Shown piece after piece: positions 62,901 to 64,000 of a stretch of 64,000 nucleotides of DNA. Source of the stretch: the human T2T-CHM13v2.0 reference genome, Homo sapiens. Under the pieces are notes generated by a model, which worked only from the letters and a program-made list of their open reading frames with translations, ran no database searches and had not been told where the DNA came from. The stretch is taken from contig CP068257.2 of the NCBI GenBank assembly GCA_009914755.4, positions 6,336,001-6,400,000 on the forward strand. Direction: 5' to 3'. A program made the position numbers and the translations under genes. How positions within the stretch are numbered: the first letter of the stretch is position 1; each line of letters opens with the position of its first letter.

Positions 62901-64000
62901 TGGAATGGACTCAAATGCAACGGAGTGGAATGGATTCGAATGGAATGGAATGGAATGGACTAGAATGGAATAGAAAGCAATGGACTCGAATGAATTGGAA
63001 TATAATGGAATGGACCCAAATAGAATGGAGGGGAATGGAATCAAAAGGAATTCGAATGGAATTGAATGGTTACGAATTGAATGTAATGTAATGGAATTGA
63101 ATGGACTCGAAAGGAATGGAGTGGAATGGACTCGAATGAAATGGAATGGACTCGAATGGAATGGAATGGACTGGACCCGAATGGAATGGAATGGAATTGA
63201 GTGGAATGGAATAGAATGGAATGGAATGGAATGGAATGGAATGGAATGCAATAGAATGGACTGTAATCGATTGGAATTGAATGGAATGGAATGGTCTCGA
63301 ATGCAGTGGAATGGACTCCAATGGAATGGAATGGAATGGAATGAAATGAAATGGAATGCACTCGAATGTATTTGAGTGGAATTTACTGTATTGGAATCTA
63401 ACGTTATGGACTCTAACGGAATGGAATGGAATGGACTTGAATGGAATGGAATGGACATGAAACGTATGGAATTGAATTTGATGGAATGGAATGTATTGCA
63501 ATGGAAGGGATTGGAATAGACTGGAATGGAACGGAATGGACTTGAATGAAATAGAATGGAATGGAATGGACACGAATGAAATTGAATGGAAAGTATTCAA
63601 ATGCAATGCAATGGACTCGAATGTAATGGAATGTAATGGACTCGAATTGAATCGAATGGAATGGACTCAAGTGGGATGGAATGGAATGGACTTGAATGGA
63701 ATAGAATGGAATGGAATGGACTCGAATGGAACAGAATGGAATGGAATGGAATGTACTTGAATGGAAAAGAATGGAATGGAATGGAATGTACTCGAATGGA
63801 TTCGAACTGAATGGACATGAATGGAAAGGAAAGGAACGGAATGGAATGGAATGGAAAGGAATGGACTTGAATGCAATAAAATGGAGTGGAAGGGAATGGA
63901 CTAGAATTAAATGGAATGGAAAAGACTTGAAAACAATGCAATGGATTCGAATGGACTCGAATGGAATGGAATGGAATGGACTCACAAGGAATGGAATGGA
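47983..64000 (+). repeat. Classical satellite III / HSat3-type (GGAAT)n pentameric satellite array in a single orientation, more than 16 kb and continuing beyond the window
   Basis: Continuous runs of ggaatggaatggaatgg alternate with diverged units (ggactcgaatgg, ggacacgaatgg, gaatgcaatgg, occasional gacccgaatgg) from 47,983 to the window end. No cattc-strand runs appear, so there is no orientation switch. The junction with unique DNA is sharp: ...aaaccttctctggaaagg|aattgaatggaatggaatgg. Confidence 0.95.

Noticed and set aside
48000-64000. Dozens of long ORFs on both strands (up to 529 aa, e.g. 54,317-55,906; 59,622-60,680; 50,600-51,598) encoding MEWNG.../IPFHS... peptides
   Set aside because: These are artefacts of the (GGAAT)n / (ATTCC)n pentamer, which contains no stop codon in any frame on either strand. 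The peptide periodicity (MEWNG, IPFHS) is just the 5-nt repeat read in three frames. They are not genes.

Overview
This window is human (hominoid) nuclear DNA from a euchromatin/heterochromatin boundary, not a prokaryotic or viral locus. I found no CRISPR array, operon or defence-like system; the only candidates for something new here are the structural features of the boundary itself.

- Positions 1 to about 47,980 are AT-rich flank, dense with interspersed repeats. There are roughly 45 Alu copies or fragments, several L1 remnants of different ages, two MIR fragments and a probable solo LTR.
- A single strong CpG island lies at about 35.75-36.9 kb. It looks like an orphan promoter, with no identifiable downstream coding gene.
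- A roughly 1.25 kb segment is present twice in inverted orientation 11.5 kb apart. Next to the second copy is a smaller cluster of direct and inverted copies of a sub-unit.
- At about 47,983 the sequence switches abruptly into an uninterrupted (GGAAT)n classical satellite III (HSat3) array. It runs in a single orientation to the window end, so it is more than 16 kb long. Diverged motifs recur within it at about 0.9, 2.1 and 3.4-3.5 kb, which indicates higher-order repeat structure.
- Every long ORF in the six-frame track beyond 48 kb is a stop-free artefact of the pentamer repeat. ORFs at 42-1,700 are L1 ORF2 remnants, and the GC-rich ORFs at 35.7-37.1 kb are CpG-island composition artefacts.
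- I can support no host protein-coding gene with confidence. One short candidate exon (43,407-43,511) and one candidate first exon in the CpG island are flagged as low-confidence hypotheses.

All percent identities and boundaries are by-eye estimates from the sequence, not computed alignments.
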